NCBI GenBank assembly: GCA_965237955.1
Contig: OZ250169.1
Coordinates: forward strand, 7,328,001-7,392,000
Source: Candidatus Marinacidobacterales bacterium
Lineage (GTDB): Bacteria > Acidobacteriota > Vicinamibacteria > Marinacidobacterales > SMYC01
Length of the DNA: 64,000 nucleotides
Direction: 5' to 3'
In this document: one piece after another, positions 38,691 to 48,050 of the stretch
How positions within the stretch are numbered: the first letter of the stretch is position 1
Layout: the number at the start of each line of letters is the position of its first letter
The notes under the pieces: model-generated
Seen by the model: only the letters and a program-made list of their open reading frames with translations
What the model was told of the DNA's origin: nothing
The model's database searches: none
Program-made: the position numbers and the translations under genes

Positions 38691-40801
38691 CGTTTCTGAC
38701 TCCAGCTTTTTTCCTCGGGGCTCTCGCCCTCGCGGTGCCGGTCATCATTCACCTGACGAACCGGGAGAAGAAAGAGGTGGTGGAGTTCCCCTCACTCATG
38801 TTTCTTCGGCGGATTCCCTTTCGATCGGTGCGCCGGCAGAAGCTGCGGCATCTTTTTCTGTTTGCTCTGAGGTGCCTTGCTCTACTGCTGCTTACGATTG
38901 CTTTCGCACGGCCGTTTTTCGAATCTCCGTCGAGCGCCACCGCGGCGACTCTCGGCCCGCGCGAGGTCGTTCTCGTCATCGATCACTCTTACAGCATGGG
39001 GTACGAGAACCGTCTCGAGGCGGCGAAACAGGTTGCGCGCTCCCACATCGACGCGCTCGGTCCCGACGACCGTGGCTCGCTCGTGCTGTTCTCGAACCGC
39101 GCCGAGATCCTCAACCAGCCGAGCTCGGATGGTGACGAGCTCAAAGCCATACTCGATGGTATCGAGCTCTCGGCTTCCACTACACGCTACGGGCCCGCGC
39201 TGAAGCTCGCAAAGAGGATTGTCGACGAGTCGAATCTCCCGCGGAAGGAGGTCGTTCTCCTGTCCGATTTTCAGCGGCTCGGCTGGGAGGGTGACGAAGA
39301 CGTGTGGCTCCCCGCGGGGACGGACTTCCACTACGAGAACGTCGGCTCGGACGCGACCGACAACGCTGCGGTAACGGGCGTGATCCTGGAACGTGAGCCC
39401 ACATCCGGTCGCGAGCGACTCACGGCGTCGGCGCGGGTCACCTACAAAGCACCCCAAAAGAGCCCGCCGCTCGAGACGAGTATCAGCATCGAGCTCAACT
39501 CCCGCAGGCTCCAGACGGAGCCACTCGAGCTCGAGCCGAACAGCTCGACGACGGTGAGCTTCGCCCCGTTCACCCTTCCGGCCGGGATCGCACGGGGTAC
39601 GGTTCGCCTCGAAGACGACAAGCTGAACAAAGACAACGCATACCATTTCGTGCTGTGGCCCGGGCAATCTCTGTCGGTGCTGTCGCTTCAGGGACGTAGC
39701 CGGCGCAGCTTGTACGTGTCGCGCGCGCTCGCTATCGGCGATCGACCGTCGTTCCGCATGGACGCCAAGCGCAGCAACCAATTCGGCGCGGCCGACCTCA
39801 ACGGACGTCAGGTGGTGATCTTGAACGACGTCCCCGCGGTCAGTCCGAAGGCGGCGCGCCTTCTCGAAGAGTTCGTGTCGCGCGGTGGTGGGCTCGTCGT
39901 CGTTCTCGGCGAGGCGAGCGGTCGCAACAGTTTCACCGGCGCCGCGGCGCGGCTTCTTCCTTCGCCTCCCGGAGCCAGCCGGGATCGTTCCCGCGACTTT
40001 GGTGGCACGTTGTCGTACCTCGACTATGGAAGCCCCGTATTCGAGATTTTCAGCGCGCCCCATAGCGGTGACTTCACCGCTGCCAAGTTCTTCCGGTATC
40101 GGTTGTTCGAAAGCCCAGTGACGAGTGGTGTCTTGGCCCGTTTCGACGACGGGGCGGTAGCACTTGCTGAAAAGCACATCGGCGAGGGTCGCGTGCTCGT
40201 TCTGACGTCGACGCTCGACACGTTTTGGAACGACCTCGCCCGTCAACCCGTTTTTTTGCCGTTCATGCACCAGATGATGAAGTACGCCGCGGGATACACC
40301 GAGGCCGCGGCGTGGCATACCGTGGGCGATGTGGCTGACCTCGACGCTTATATCGAGATGATGAGTGACGAGAGAGAGCGCGCGGGCGAGCGCGACTATG
40401 ATCTGGTCGTATCGGCACCTTCTGGAGAGCGGACGATCGTGCCCATATTCGAAGAGCGAGCGCTGCTACCGCTGGCGGAGCAGGGTTTCTACGAGCTTCG
40501 GCGGGCGGGTCGCGGCTCGGGCGCGTTGTCCGTGATGAGCCTCGCCGCGAACGTGGACTCGGCGGAGTCGGACTTATCATCATTAGATCCGGAGGAGCTC
40601 GTGGCGGCGGTGGCACTTCGCGAGATGGCATCGGGTGAGTCAAGCGACTCTGGCCAAACCCCGGCCGAACAAGAGGCTCGGCAGGGGTTCTGGTGGTATC
40701 TGCTCATCGGCGCCTTCCTTTTGCTCGTCGCGGAGACCATCTTGTCGAACCGACTATCCCGTGCGCGGACGGTAATTCCGGGAGCCGTTGGAGCTGCTTA
40801 G
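38687..40801 (+). CDS. BatA N-terminal + VWA-domain membrane protein
   Basis: PVIIHL...FPSLMFL, IAFARP, IDHSYSM, LLSDFQ, VILND, C-terminal TM. Confidence 0.9.
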   Translation: MTFLTPAFFLGALALAVPVIIHLTNREKKEVVEFPSLMFLRRIPFRSVRRQKLRHLFLFALRCLALLLLTIAFARPFFESPSSATAATLGPREVVLVIDHSYSMGYENRLEAAKQVARSHIDALGPDDRGSLVLFSNRAEILNQPSSDGDELKAILDGIELSASTTRYGPALKLAKRIVDESNLPRKEVVLLSDFQRLGWEGDEDVWLPAGTDFHYENVGSDATDNAAVTGVILEREPTSGRERLTASARVTYKAPQKSPPLETSISIELNSRRLQTEPLELEPNSSTTVSFAPFTLPAGIARGTVRLEDDKLNKDNAYHFVLWPGQSLSVLSLQGRSRRSLYVSRALAIGDRPSFRMDAKRSNQFGAADLNGRQVVILNDVPAVSPKAARLLEEFVSRGGGLVVVLGEASGRNSFTGAAARLLPSPPGASRDRSRDFGGTLSYLDYGSPVFEIFSAPHSGDFTAAKFFRYRLFESPVTSGVLARFDDGAVALAEKHIGEGRVLVLTSTLDTFWNDLARQPVFLPFMHQMMKYAAGYTEAAAWHTVGDVADLDAYIEMMSDERERAGERDYDLVVSAPSGERTIVPIFEERALLPLAEQGFYELRRAGRGSGALSVMSLAANVDSAESDLSSLDPEELVAAVALREMASGESSDSGQTPAEQEARQGFWWYLLIGAFLLLVAETILSNRLSRARTVIPGAVGAA

Positions 40802-40863
40802 GAAAGGGCGAAAAAAACCCACTATACTGGTTAGGGGGAGCAATCTTAGCGGAGTCAACGGTC

Positions 40864-43800
40864 ATGGAAATGCTCGAAACATCAGGTTACCCGCAACTGC
40901 TCCGTGTCATTCGCTACGTCCGCAGCCGGTGGCGGACACGAAACACCCTCAAAGGCGTCGCCTTCCTCGTGCTCTTCGGGCTTTCCGCCTTCGCCATCTC
41001 AGCCTGGGGGATGGAGTACTTTCGCTACACCCCGTGGTCGGTGCGGTTGTTCCGCATCTTTACTTACTTCGCTCTTTTGGCGCTGGCACTCCGCTTCCTG
41101 GTGAGGCCCCTGGCGAAGCGAGTGACCAATGAGCAGGTCGCCCTTTACATGGAAGAGCACGACCCGTCGTTGAAAGAGGCGATATCCAGCGCGATCGAGT
41201 TGGGAGCTCCTTCCGACGAAGCCAGTGCTTCTTCGAAGCTAGCACTCTCAACCGCGCTCATCGAAAAGCTCGTCGAGCAGACCGTCGAGCGGTGCGAGAA
41301 CATCAACTACGGCCATACGATCGAGCAGGACGCACTCAAGAGGAGCTCAGCCATTTTTCTAGGTGTCGCCGTCTTTGGCATGCTTGCCGTTTTGCTCAGT
41401 CCGGGCTTCCTGCGCTATGGAGCTGGATTGCTGTTGAACCCGATGCGGAGCGCCCAGGCAGCGAGCCCGTACCTCATTGTCGTCGAGCCGGGAGATATCG
41501 GGGTCGCCCGCGGCGCCGACCAGCTGGTGACGGCCGAGCTTCGCGGCTTCGACGCCGAAGCGACCGACATCGCGGTCAAGAGCGAAAGCGACACGAGTTG
41601 GCAGCGTTTGCCGATGAGCTTCGATGACGAGACGGGCCGATATACGTTCATGCTGTTCGATCTCGAGGATGCGACCGAGTACTACGTCGAGGCCAACGGA
41701 GTGAGCTCGGAGCGGTTTCGCGTCGACGTTTCCGATCTTCCCTACGTTCGTCAGATCGATCTCGAGTATCACTTCCCGGCTTATACCAGGTTGTCGCCGC
41801 AGCGGGTCGAAGACGGCGGTGACATCGCTGCGCTTCGAGGCACCGAAGTGCATCTCACCATCATCCCCACGGTCAAAGTGGCCGGCGGCGTCCTCCAGAT
41901 CGAAGACAAAGACCCCGTTCCGCTCGAGCTCGGACCCGTTCAGAACTTGGTCCAGAATTTGTCGGTGACCCTCACGGTCAAAGAAGACGGGTTCTATCGA
42001 ATCGACCTCGAAGCATTCGACAACACGTTGCAACCCGCATCGCCCGACTACGTGATCGAGGTTTTGTCGGATCAACCGCCGTCGGTGACGATCGTCAAGC
42101 CAGGCCGCGACTCGAAAGTCAACCCAATCGAGGAAGTGTTCACCGAAATCAAGGGCGAGGACGACTACGGCCTCAGCGTTCTCGAGATCGTCTACTCCGT
42201 GAACGGTGGTGAAGAGCAAATCGTTTCGCTATACAAAGGCGGCAGCAAGAAGGAAATGGTGGCCGGGCACACGTTCTTCCTCGAGGACTACGAGCTCGAG
42301 CCCGGCGACTTCATCTCCTATTACGCCCGCGCGAAAGATGCTGGTAGCAGGCAAACGGCGACGACCGATATCTACTTCATCGAAGCCCGTCCGTTCGATC
42401 GCCGCTACTCGCAAGCGCAAGGCGGCATGCCGGGTGGCGGCGGTGGTGGCGGCGGGATGGAAGGCACGCTGTCCGTCCGGCAGCGCGAAATCGTCGCCGC
42501 GACGTTCAAGCTCATTCGAGACAAGTTGGACTACGCGAAACGGGATTGGGAAGAAAACCTCACCACCATCGCGCTGATGCAGGGCCGGCTGCGCGAGCAA
42601 GTGCAGAACTTGCTGCGGCGTATGGTCAATCGCGGCATCTCTGGCATTGAGGGCGAGTTCGCGACCATCAGCGAGTCGCTCAAAAAGGCCATCGACGAGA
42701 TGGGGCCTGCGGAAGAGAAGCTGACCGCAAAGGACCCCGACCAGGCGATGCCGTACGAGCAGCGCGCCCTCAGGCACCTCCAGCGAGCCGACGCGGTGTT
42801 TCGCGAAGTGCAGGTGTCGTTTCAAGGCGGCGGTGGTGGCGGCGGCGGGCAAGCGGCGAGCGCCGAAGACCTCGCCGATTTGTTCGAGCTCGAGCTCGAC
42901 AAGCTCAGAAACCAGTACGAGACCGTTCAGCGCGGGCAGCAGCAGAGCGTTGACAACGAAGTCGACGAAGCGCTTCAGCGTTTGCAAGAGCTTGCGAGAC
43001 GCCAGCAGCAGGAGAACGAGCGGCTGAGACGCCAGGCCAACCGTTTGCGGAACCAAGGCGGCGGCGGTTCCGGAGCCAATCAGCGCGAGCTCGCCGAGGA
43101 GACCGAAGAGCTCGCCCGTAAGCTCGAGCGTCTCGCCCGTGAGCACTCGTTGCCCGACCTGAAGGATACCGCCCGACGGATCGAGCAAGCTGCGAACTCG
43201 ATGCGGCGCTCGGGCCCGCGCGGTGATGACGGCGCGCTCGCCGAAGGGTTGTCGGCGCTCGACAAGTTGAAAGACGCGCGGCGGCTGCTCGACAAGAACC
43301 GCTCGGTGCGGCTCGAGCGCGACCTCGAGGACGCGATGCAACAAGTAGACCGCATCGCCTCTCAACAGGAACGGGTCCAGTCCGAAGTCGAAAAACTGGC
43401 CGCGGAAAGCCAAGGTGCGGGAGGGGGCGAGCGCTTGCAGCGCATCTTCGAGCGCAAGGACGAGCTCGCCGACCAGGTCGCGAGCCTCGAGTCGCAACTC
43501 GATCGCATGGCGCGCGATTCCCGGCGCGAGCAAAAAGACGCGTCGCGCAAGATTCAAGACGCCGCCAATTCCATTCGCGACACCAAGCTCAAAGAAAAAA
43601 TCCGGTACAGCAAGGGCGTGGTCCAGAGCCGCTCGGGCGAGTACGCCGATAATTTTGAGAACGTTATCAGCGACGATATCGAATCTCTGCGCGAACGCCT
43701 CGGCGAGGCCTCCGGGGCGATCGGCGAGTCCGAAGAAGATCAGGTCGCGGAGGCGATCGAGCAGACTCGTGACCTCGTGAGAAACCTCGAGTCGCTTTCG

Positions 43801-44415
43801 GAGCGCATCCGCGAGCGAAGAGAAGCTGCGACCCGCGGCTTACGTCCTGGTGCGCAAGAAAGGCAGGAAGGGCAGGAAGGGCAGGAAGGGCAGGAAGGGC
43901 AGGAAGGGCAGCAGGGCCAGCAAGGTCAACAGGGACAGCAGGGACAGCAAGGTCAGCAGGGGCAGCAGGGACAAGGACAGGGTGGTCAACAACGTCGCCT
44001 TGGGGGGCAGACGTCCATCGGTGCTGGAGGTGACGGTAGTCCCGGGGCCTATCAGCCTGGCACGTTCTCGACCGAAGAGCTTCGGCAGATGCGCCGCGAG
44101 TTTCGCGAGCGCGTTTCGGACGCCGAGGGGCTCCGCCAGGAGCTCGCGCGTCAGAACTTGGACGTGCCCAACCTCAGTGAGATCATCCAGCGTATGGAAG
44201 AGTTCGAGAGAAAGCAGATCTACCTGAACCCACTCGGTCTCGAGCAGCTCGAGGAAGATGTCCTCACCGAGCTCAAACAGTTCGAGTACTGGCTCAGGCG
44301 TGAGCTCGAAGGTCTCGGAGAGGGCGAGCTCTACCTGGCCGGCTCGGATCAGGTCCCGTCCGAGTACCATACGCTCGTCGAGGAATACTTCCGCTCCCTG
44401 AGCCGCAACCCATAG
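40864..44415 (+). CDS. DUF4175-like membrane protein with a long coiled coil
   Basis: N-terminal TMs, YHFPAYT, DQPPSV, DDYGL, long Q/E-rich helical region, VPSEYHTLVEEYFRSL terminus. Confidence 0.85.
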   Translation: MEMLETSGYPQLLRVIRYVRSRWRTRNTLKGVAFLVLFGLSAFAISAWGMEYFRYTPWSVRLFRIFTYFALLALALRFLVRPLAKRVTNEQVALYMEEHDPSLKEAISSAIELGAPSDEASASSKLALSTALIEKLVEQTVERCENINYGHTIEQDALKRSSAIFLGVAVFGMLAVLLSPGFLRYGAGLLLNPMRSAQAASPYLIVVEPGDIGVARGADQLVTAELRGFDAEATDIAVKSESDTSWQRLPMSFDDETGRYTFMLFDLEDATEYYVEANGVSSERFRVDVSDLPYVRQIDLEYHFPAYTRLSPQRVEDGGDIAALRGTEVHLTIIPTVKVAGGVLQIEDKDPVPLELGPVQNLVQNLSVTLTVKEDGFYRIDLEAFDNTLQPASPDYVIEVLSDQPPSVTIVKPGRDSKVNPIEEVFTEIKGEDDYGLSVLEIVYSVNGGEEQIVSLYKGGSKKEMVAGHTFFLEDYELEPGDFISYYARAKDAGSRQTATTDIYFIEARPFDRRYSQAQGGMPGGGGGGGGMEGTLSVRQREIVAATFKLIRDKLDYAKRDWEENLTTIALMQGRLREQVQNLLRRMVNRGISGIEGEFATISESLKKAIDEMGPAEEKLTAKDPDQAMPYEQRALRHLQRADAVFREVQVSFQGGGGGGGGQAASAEDLADLFELELDKLRNQYETVQRGQQQSVDNEVDEALQRLQELARRQQQENERLRRQANRLRNQGGGGSGANQRELAEETEELARKLERLAREHSLPDLKDTARRIEQAANSMRRSGPRGDDGALAEGLSALDKLKDARRLLDKNRSVRLERDLEDAMQQVDRIASQQERVQSEVEKLAAESQGAGGGERLQRIFERKDELADQVASLESQLDRMARDSRREQKDASRKIQDAANSIRDTKLKEKIRYSKGVVQSRSGEYADNFENVISDDIESLRERLGEASGAIGESEEDQVAEAIEQTRDLVRNLESLSERIRERREAATRGLRPGAQERQEGQEGQEGQEGQEGQQGQQGQQGQQGQQGQQGQQGQGQGGQQRRLGGQTSIGAGGDGSPGAYQPGTFSTEELRQMRREFRERVSDAEGLRQELARQNLDVPNLSEIIQRMEEFERKQIYLNPLGLEQLEEDVLTELKQFEYWLRRELEGLGEGELYLAGSDQVPSEYHTLVEEYFRSLSRNP
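43856..43990 (+). repeat. Coding 9-bp tandem repeat (GQE/GQQ)
   Basis: (GGGCAGGAA)n then diverged GQQ codons. Confidence 0.9.
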
Positions 44416-44437
44416 TTTTTTTGCCTCTCCTGCCATT

Positions 44438-45658
44438 TCAGTGGATCCTCTCGAGGGTGAGACCGCCACAGTTTAGGTAGACGAGACTGATGAGAGCTTC
44501 GGCAGAGTGGAGTCCAAAGCTGCGGTGGCTCAGCAGCCGGATTTTGTTGTTCATTCCTTCGAGTCGGCCGTTGCTGAGTCTCCACGTGACCCACGCGATG
44601 ACGCCATCGAAGTGGCTGCGGATCATCTTCGCCGCGCGTTTGACGGGCTCTATCCTCGAGCTCATAGCGCGCCGCAGCCATCCTCGGAGAAACTTCTTGG
44701 CCCATGTCTCGGTTTTGTAGGTGTAGAGGTCCATGAAGTCGTCGCGCAGAAGCATGGCGCGGTAGAGGCGACGATTAGCTCGCACCTGCTCGCGGAGCAC
44801 CCGTTTGTCTTTCGCGCTGCGGTTGTGTTTGGCCTTGAGAAGGGGAAACTTGGTGTTCTTGAGGTTGCGCCGGGCAGTCCCTTTGAGCTCGCGCACCAGC
44901 TCGCGCCGGGTCTTATCCACGGCCTCGTTCAGATGCTTGACGATGTGGAAGCGGTCAAAGATCACCCGTGCCTGAGGAGCCTTTTTGCCGACGACAGTTA
45001 TGTACGGCTCCCACATGTCCATGCTGACCGCTTCGAGCTCCGCGGCTCTTTGTGGTCCGAGCTTGCGGAAAAACCGCAGCAGCGTCTTGGCCTTGCGCTC
45101 CTTTCCCGCCCAGACGACCCGGCCGCTGAGATGGTCTATTACCACTGTTAAGTACTTGTGGCGTTTGCGGTAGCTGATCTCGTCCATCCCAATCACCCGC
45201 AATCCATCGAGCTCGCGCCGCTCATCCCGCTGCTCGGCAACCACTCGCTGGATGATCCGTCGCACCGAACGCCACGTCACTCGGAAATAGTTCGCTACGG
45301 CGCTGACGTCCGTCCTCTGTGCCAGCCACGCTACCTCTTGTTCGAAGCTTTTGGTAAAGCGGCTTCCCTTGTCTGCCCAAGGCACCTTTTCTCTGACCAC
45401 TCCACACCGCCGACATACCACTCGTCGGATCGAGTAGCGAAGATAGGTCCGGACTCCGAACAGGTCCAAGTGCCGCCAGTAGCGATTGTAGCGATCTTTG
45501 TTCTTGCGGACCTTTCGTCCGCAAATCCCGCACAGAGGCTTCCTCCTCCGTGGTACTACATCCACCACCACTCTGGCTTTGTCCGCCTGGAAGTGGAAAC
45601 CTCGGACCCACAGGCCTTGCAATCCGATGAGCTTGTTGACTAACGTAGTAACGCGCAT
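44438..45658 (-). CDS. ISL3 transposase
   Basis: Protein identical to copy 1. Confidence 0.95.
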   Translation of the reverse strand: MRVTTLVNKLIGLQGLWVRGFHFQADKARVVVDVVPRRRKPLCGICGRKVRKNKDRYNRYWRHLDLFGVRTYLRYSIRRVVCRRCGVVREKVPWADKGSRFTKSFEQEVAWLAQRTDVSAVANYFRVTWRSVRRIIQRVVAEQRDERRELDGLRVIGMDEISYRKRHKYLTVVIDHLSGRVVWAGKERKAKTLLRFFRKLGPQRAAELEAVSMDMWEPYITVVGKKAPQARVIFDRFHIVKHLNEAVDKTRRELVRELKGTARRNLKNTKFPLLKAKHNRSAKDKRVLREQVRANRRLYRAMLLRDDFMDLYTYKTETWAKKFLRGWLRRAMSSRIEPVKRAAKMIRSHFDGVIAWVTWRLSNGRLEGMNNKIRLLSHRSFGLHSAEALISLVYLNCGGLTLERIH

Positions 45659-45783
45659 CGCGGGAACGCTCTTTTCTCTTTCGGAAAAAAAGATTCTAGC
45701 GTTCTCGCCGATGCGCATCTACACATGGCTTACCCTCTCAACCCACGGGCCTCACCAAATGCCACTGCCCCTCAGCGGGAGAC

Positions 45784-46096
45784 GAGGCTGTGGGAAACGC
45801 CCCCACGGTTCTGGTCGTTCAGACCTTGCTCACGACTGAGTTCTCTTCGAAGCCTGGAAGGGCGTTTTCCATAGCCTCCACTAATCGAGCCCCCCCTTCC
45901 TTATTCCATATGAATTAATCTTTCTTGTATATATATCAGGAGGGGCCTGTGGGCGCTCGTGGGAAACGCGAAGCGTTTTCCAAGCGATTGTGGAAAACGC
46001 CGCTCCACGTTTGTACGTGCTCACAACCTTTCCCTAAACGCCTCTCTCGCCCGGAGTTTCCGGCGTTTTCCACAATCGCGGCAGCGTCCATAGGCC
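45784..46096 (+). ncRNA. Putative structured element in the ISL3 non-coding end, copy 2
   Basis: Same sequence as 12824-13136. Confidence 0.5.
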
Positions 46097-46235
46097 ATGC
46101 CCTCCAACACAAATCAGATCCCCCGAAACGACAGGAGAACCGTTTTTTTCTCGTGGTGGCCGCTTTTCAACCCCGGATTCGGGTGTTACGCTGGTCGTAA
46201 CCAAGAAAACTGCAGTTCTGGGGGGGTCCTAATCC

Positions 46236-46847
46236 ATGACGTCCAAGATCGCTTATCTTTTGGCGCTCGGCCTTCTCGTGTCGGTTTGTGCGGCGTCGCA
46301 TTCTCAGTCGTTGGGCGAGCTTGCCAAGAAAGAGCGGGAGCGGCGCGAGAAAAACAAAGACAACGGCGTCACCGCGCGCGAGTTCTCGGAAACTGAGATC
46401 TTCGAAGATGATGACGAAGAAGAAGCAGACGTCGACGATGCGGGCGTCGAGGGCGAAAGCAAAAGCGATGTACCGGGTGACGCAGCATCCACTTCACCTC
46501 TTCCTAACCGCATCGACGTCGCCGTCGAGCCCGCCGACGACTCCGAGAGGATCGAGGAGGAAAGCCGCGATCGGAAGCTGCAGGAAGCCGAGTGGCGCAA
46601 CCGATTCCACGAGGCGCGGGAGCGCGTTGGCCTCGCGCGGGAGCAAAAGGCGGTTTGGGACGGAGTCCACTACGTCGAAGGAATCAAGCTCGTCGACGAG
46701 AACGGGAACGTCGTCGTTGAATCGCTCGACGACCTTCGCCGTTTCGTGGCGGAAGCGAGCCAAGAGCTCACCGACGCCGAGCGCGCGTTGAGAAACCTCG
46801 GGGAAGAAGCCCGCCGCGCCGGCGTGCCGCCCGGCTGGCTACGCTGA
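46236..46847 (+). CDS. Secreted hypothetical protein
   Basis: Signal peptide then QSLGELAKKERERR, acidic linker, coiled coil, ARRAGVPPGWLR terminus. Confidence 0.8.
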   Translation: MTSKIAYLLALGLLVSVCAASHSQSLGELAKKERERREKNKDNGVTAREFSETEIFEDDDEEEADVDDAGVEGESKSDVPGDAASTSPLPNRIDVAVEPADDSERIEEESRDRKLQEAEWRNRFHEARERVGLAREQKAVWDGVHYVEGIKLVDENGNVVVESLDDLRRFVAEASQELTDAERALRNLGEEARRAGVPPGWLR

Positions 46848-47972
46848 GCCGCCAGCGGCAGGGACGAGCGTTCCCGCTGCGACGCTGACGAAAGCCGCAA
46901 CAGCCGCGCCGTCACCGAGCACCGACCCCAGGCGCGCGAGCTCGGGCACGACTGTCTTGCCTTTGACGTCGATCGAAAGCTCGCTGCCACTGCGGCTTTC
47001 GAGGGTCGCACCCTCGCCGATGTGCACACCTCGGCCGAGGACGGAATCCAGAACTCTCGCCCCCTTGCCGATGTGTGCGCCTTCGAAAACCGAAACGCCC
47101 TCGAGAACCGCGTCATTCTCGATCGTGGTTCCGGCCCCGATCGTCGTGGGCCCAAGAAGGCGGACCCCGTCGCCGATGCGTACGTCGTCACCGATCCAGA
47201 TCGGTCCTTCGGTGTCGACGTTCCCAAGCGAGCCTTCGACACGTTCCCCGACTTGCTCGAAGACACCGAGATCCCGCGCACGGCCAGGTGCGGACCAAAT
47301 GTGATGGATCGCCGTGAGCACGTCCCACGCGTAGGTCAGCGGTAACCACCATTGGCCTATCCGTTGTGGGCGGATCGAGGAGGCGTTGACGAGACGCAAG
47401 ATGAAATCGGGAAGCTCGAGCTCCCCGCGTGGGCTCAGCGGAAGATCCTCGAGCAGTTCGAGGTCACTCGCTTCAACCGAGTAGCCTCCGACGCTGCACC
47501 AAGAGCCCCGAGGCGCATCCGCCGGTTTCTCGACAATATCCGTGATGATGTCGTTTTCGATACGGACCACGGCGCGATTCTGTGGGTCGGTTGCTTGGGT
47601 GACGAGAAGACCGCGTCCACCGTCGGCGAGATTTTTCAGATCGTCGTGATGGTAGAAATCATCCCCGTTCAAGATGAGGACCCGCTCGTCGACGAGGGGC
47701 CGCGCCGCCGCCACCGCGTCCGCGGTTCCGCGCTGTTTTTTTTGCTCTACGTACCGGAGCCGAATCCCTGTGTGCTCGTCTCCGAAGTGAGCTTCGATTT
47801 GCTCCTTGCGGTAGCCAACGACGAGGAGCGCTTCGTCGACGATTCCCGAGAGCTGCGCGAGTTGATGCTCGAGGAGTGGCCTATCCCAAATCGGAACCAG
47901 CGGTTTCGGTCGCGTGCTCGTGAGGGGATAGGTGCGGGTGGAGCGCCCCGCGGCGAGGATCACAGCTTGCAT
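46839..47972 (-). CDS. Sugar-phosphate nucleotidyltransferase with hexapeptide repeats (archaeal GlmU-like)
   Basis: MQAVILAAGRSTRTYPLT..RPKPL, GTADAV, NGDD, EKP, SPRGELEL, left-handed beta-helix repeats. Confidence 0.88.
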   Translation of the reverse strand: MQAVILAAGRSTRTYPLTSTRPKPLVPIWDRPLLEHQLAQLSGIVDEALLVVGYRKEQIEAHFGDEHTGIRLRYVEQKKQRGTADAVAAARPLVDERVLILNGDDFYHHDDLKNLADGGRGLLVTQATDPQNRAVVRIENDIITDIVEKPADAPRGSWCSVGGYSVEASDLELLEDLPLSPRGELELPDFILRLVNASSIRPQRIGQWWLPLTYAWDVLTAIHHIWSAPGRARDLGVFEQVGERVEGSLGNVDTEGPIWIGDDVRIGDGVRLLGPTTIGAGTTIENDAVLEGVSVFEGAHIGKGARVLDSVLGRGVHIGEGATLESRSGSELSIDVKGKTVVPELARLGSVLGDGAAVAAFVSVAAGTLVPAAGGSA

Positions 47973-48050
47973 GCGCTCGCGAGAGCGTACCACGAGGTCG
48001 CGGACAACGCGCGATCGGGGTAAACTAACCGACAATTTAGAGAGCTCACT

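Larger units (their letters stand above)
44423..46141 (-). mobile_element. ISL3-family insertion sequence, copy 2 (1719 bp)
   Basis: Same IRs as copy 1; perfect 8-bp TSD GTTTTTTT (44415-44422, 46142-46149). Confidence 0.97.
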
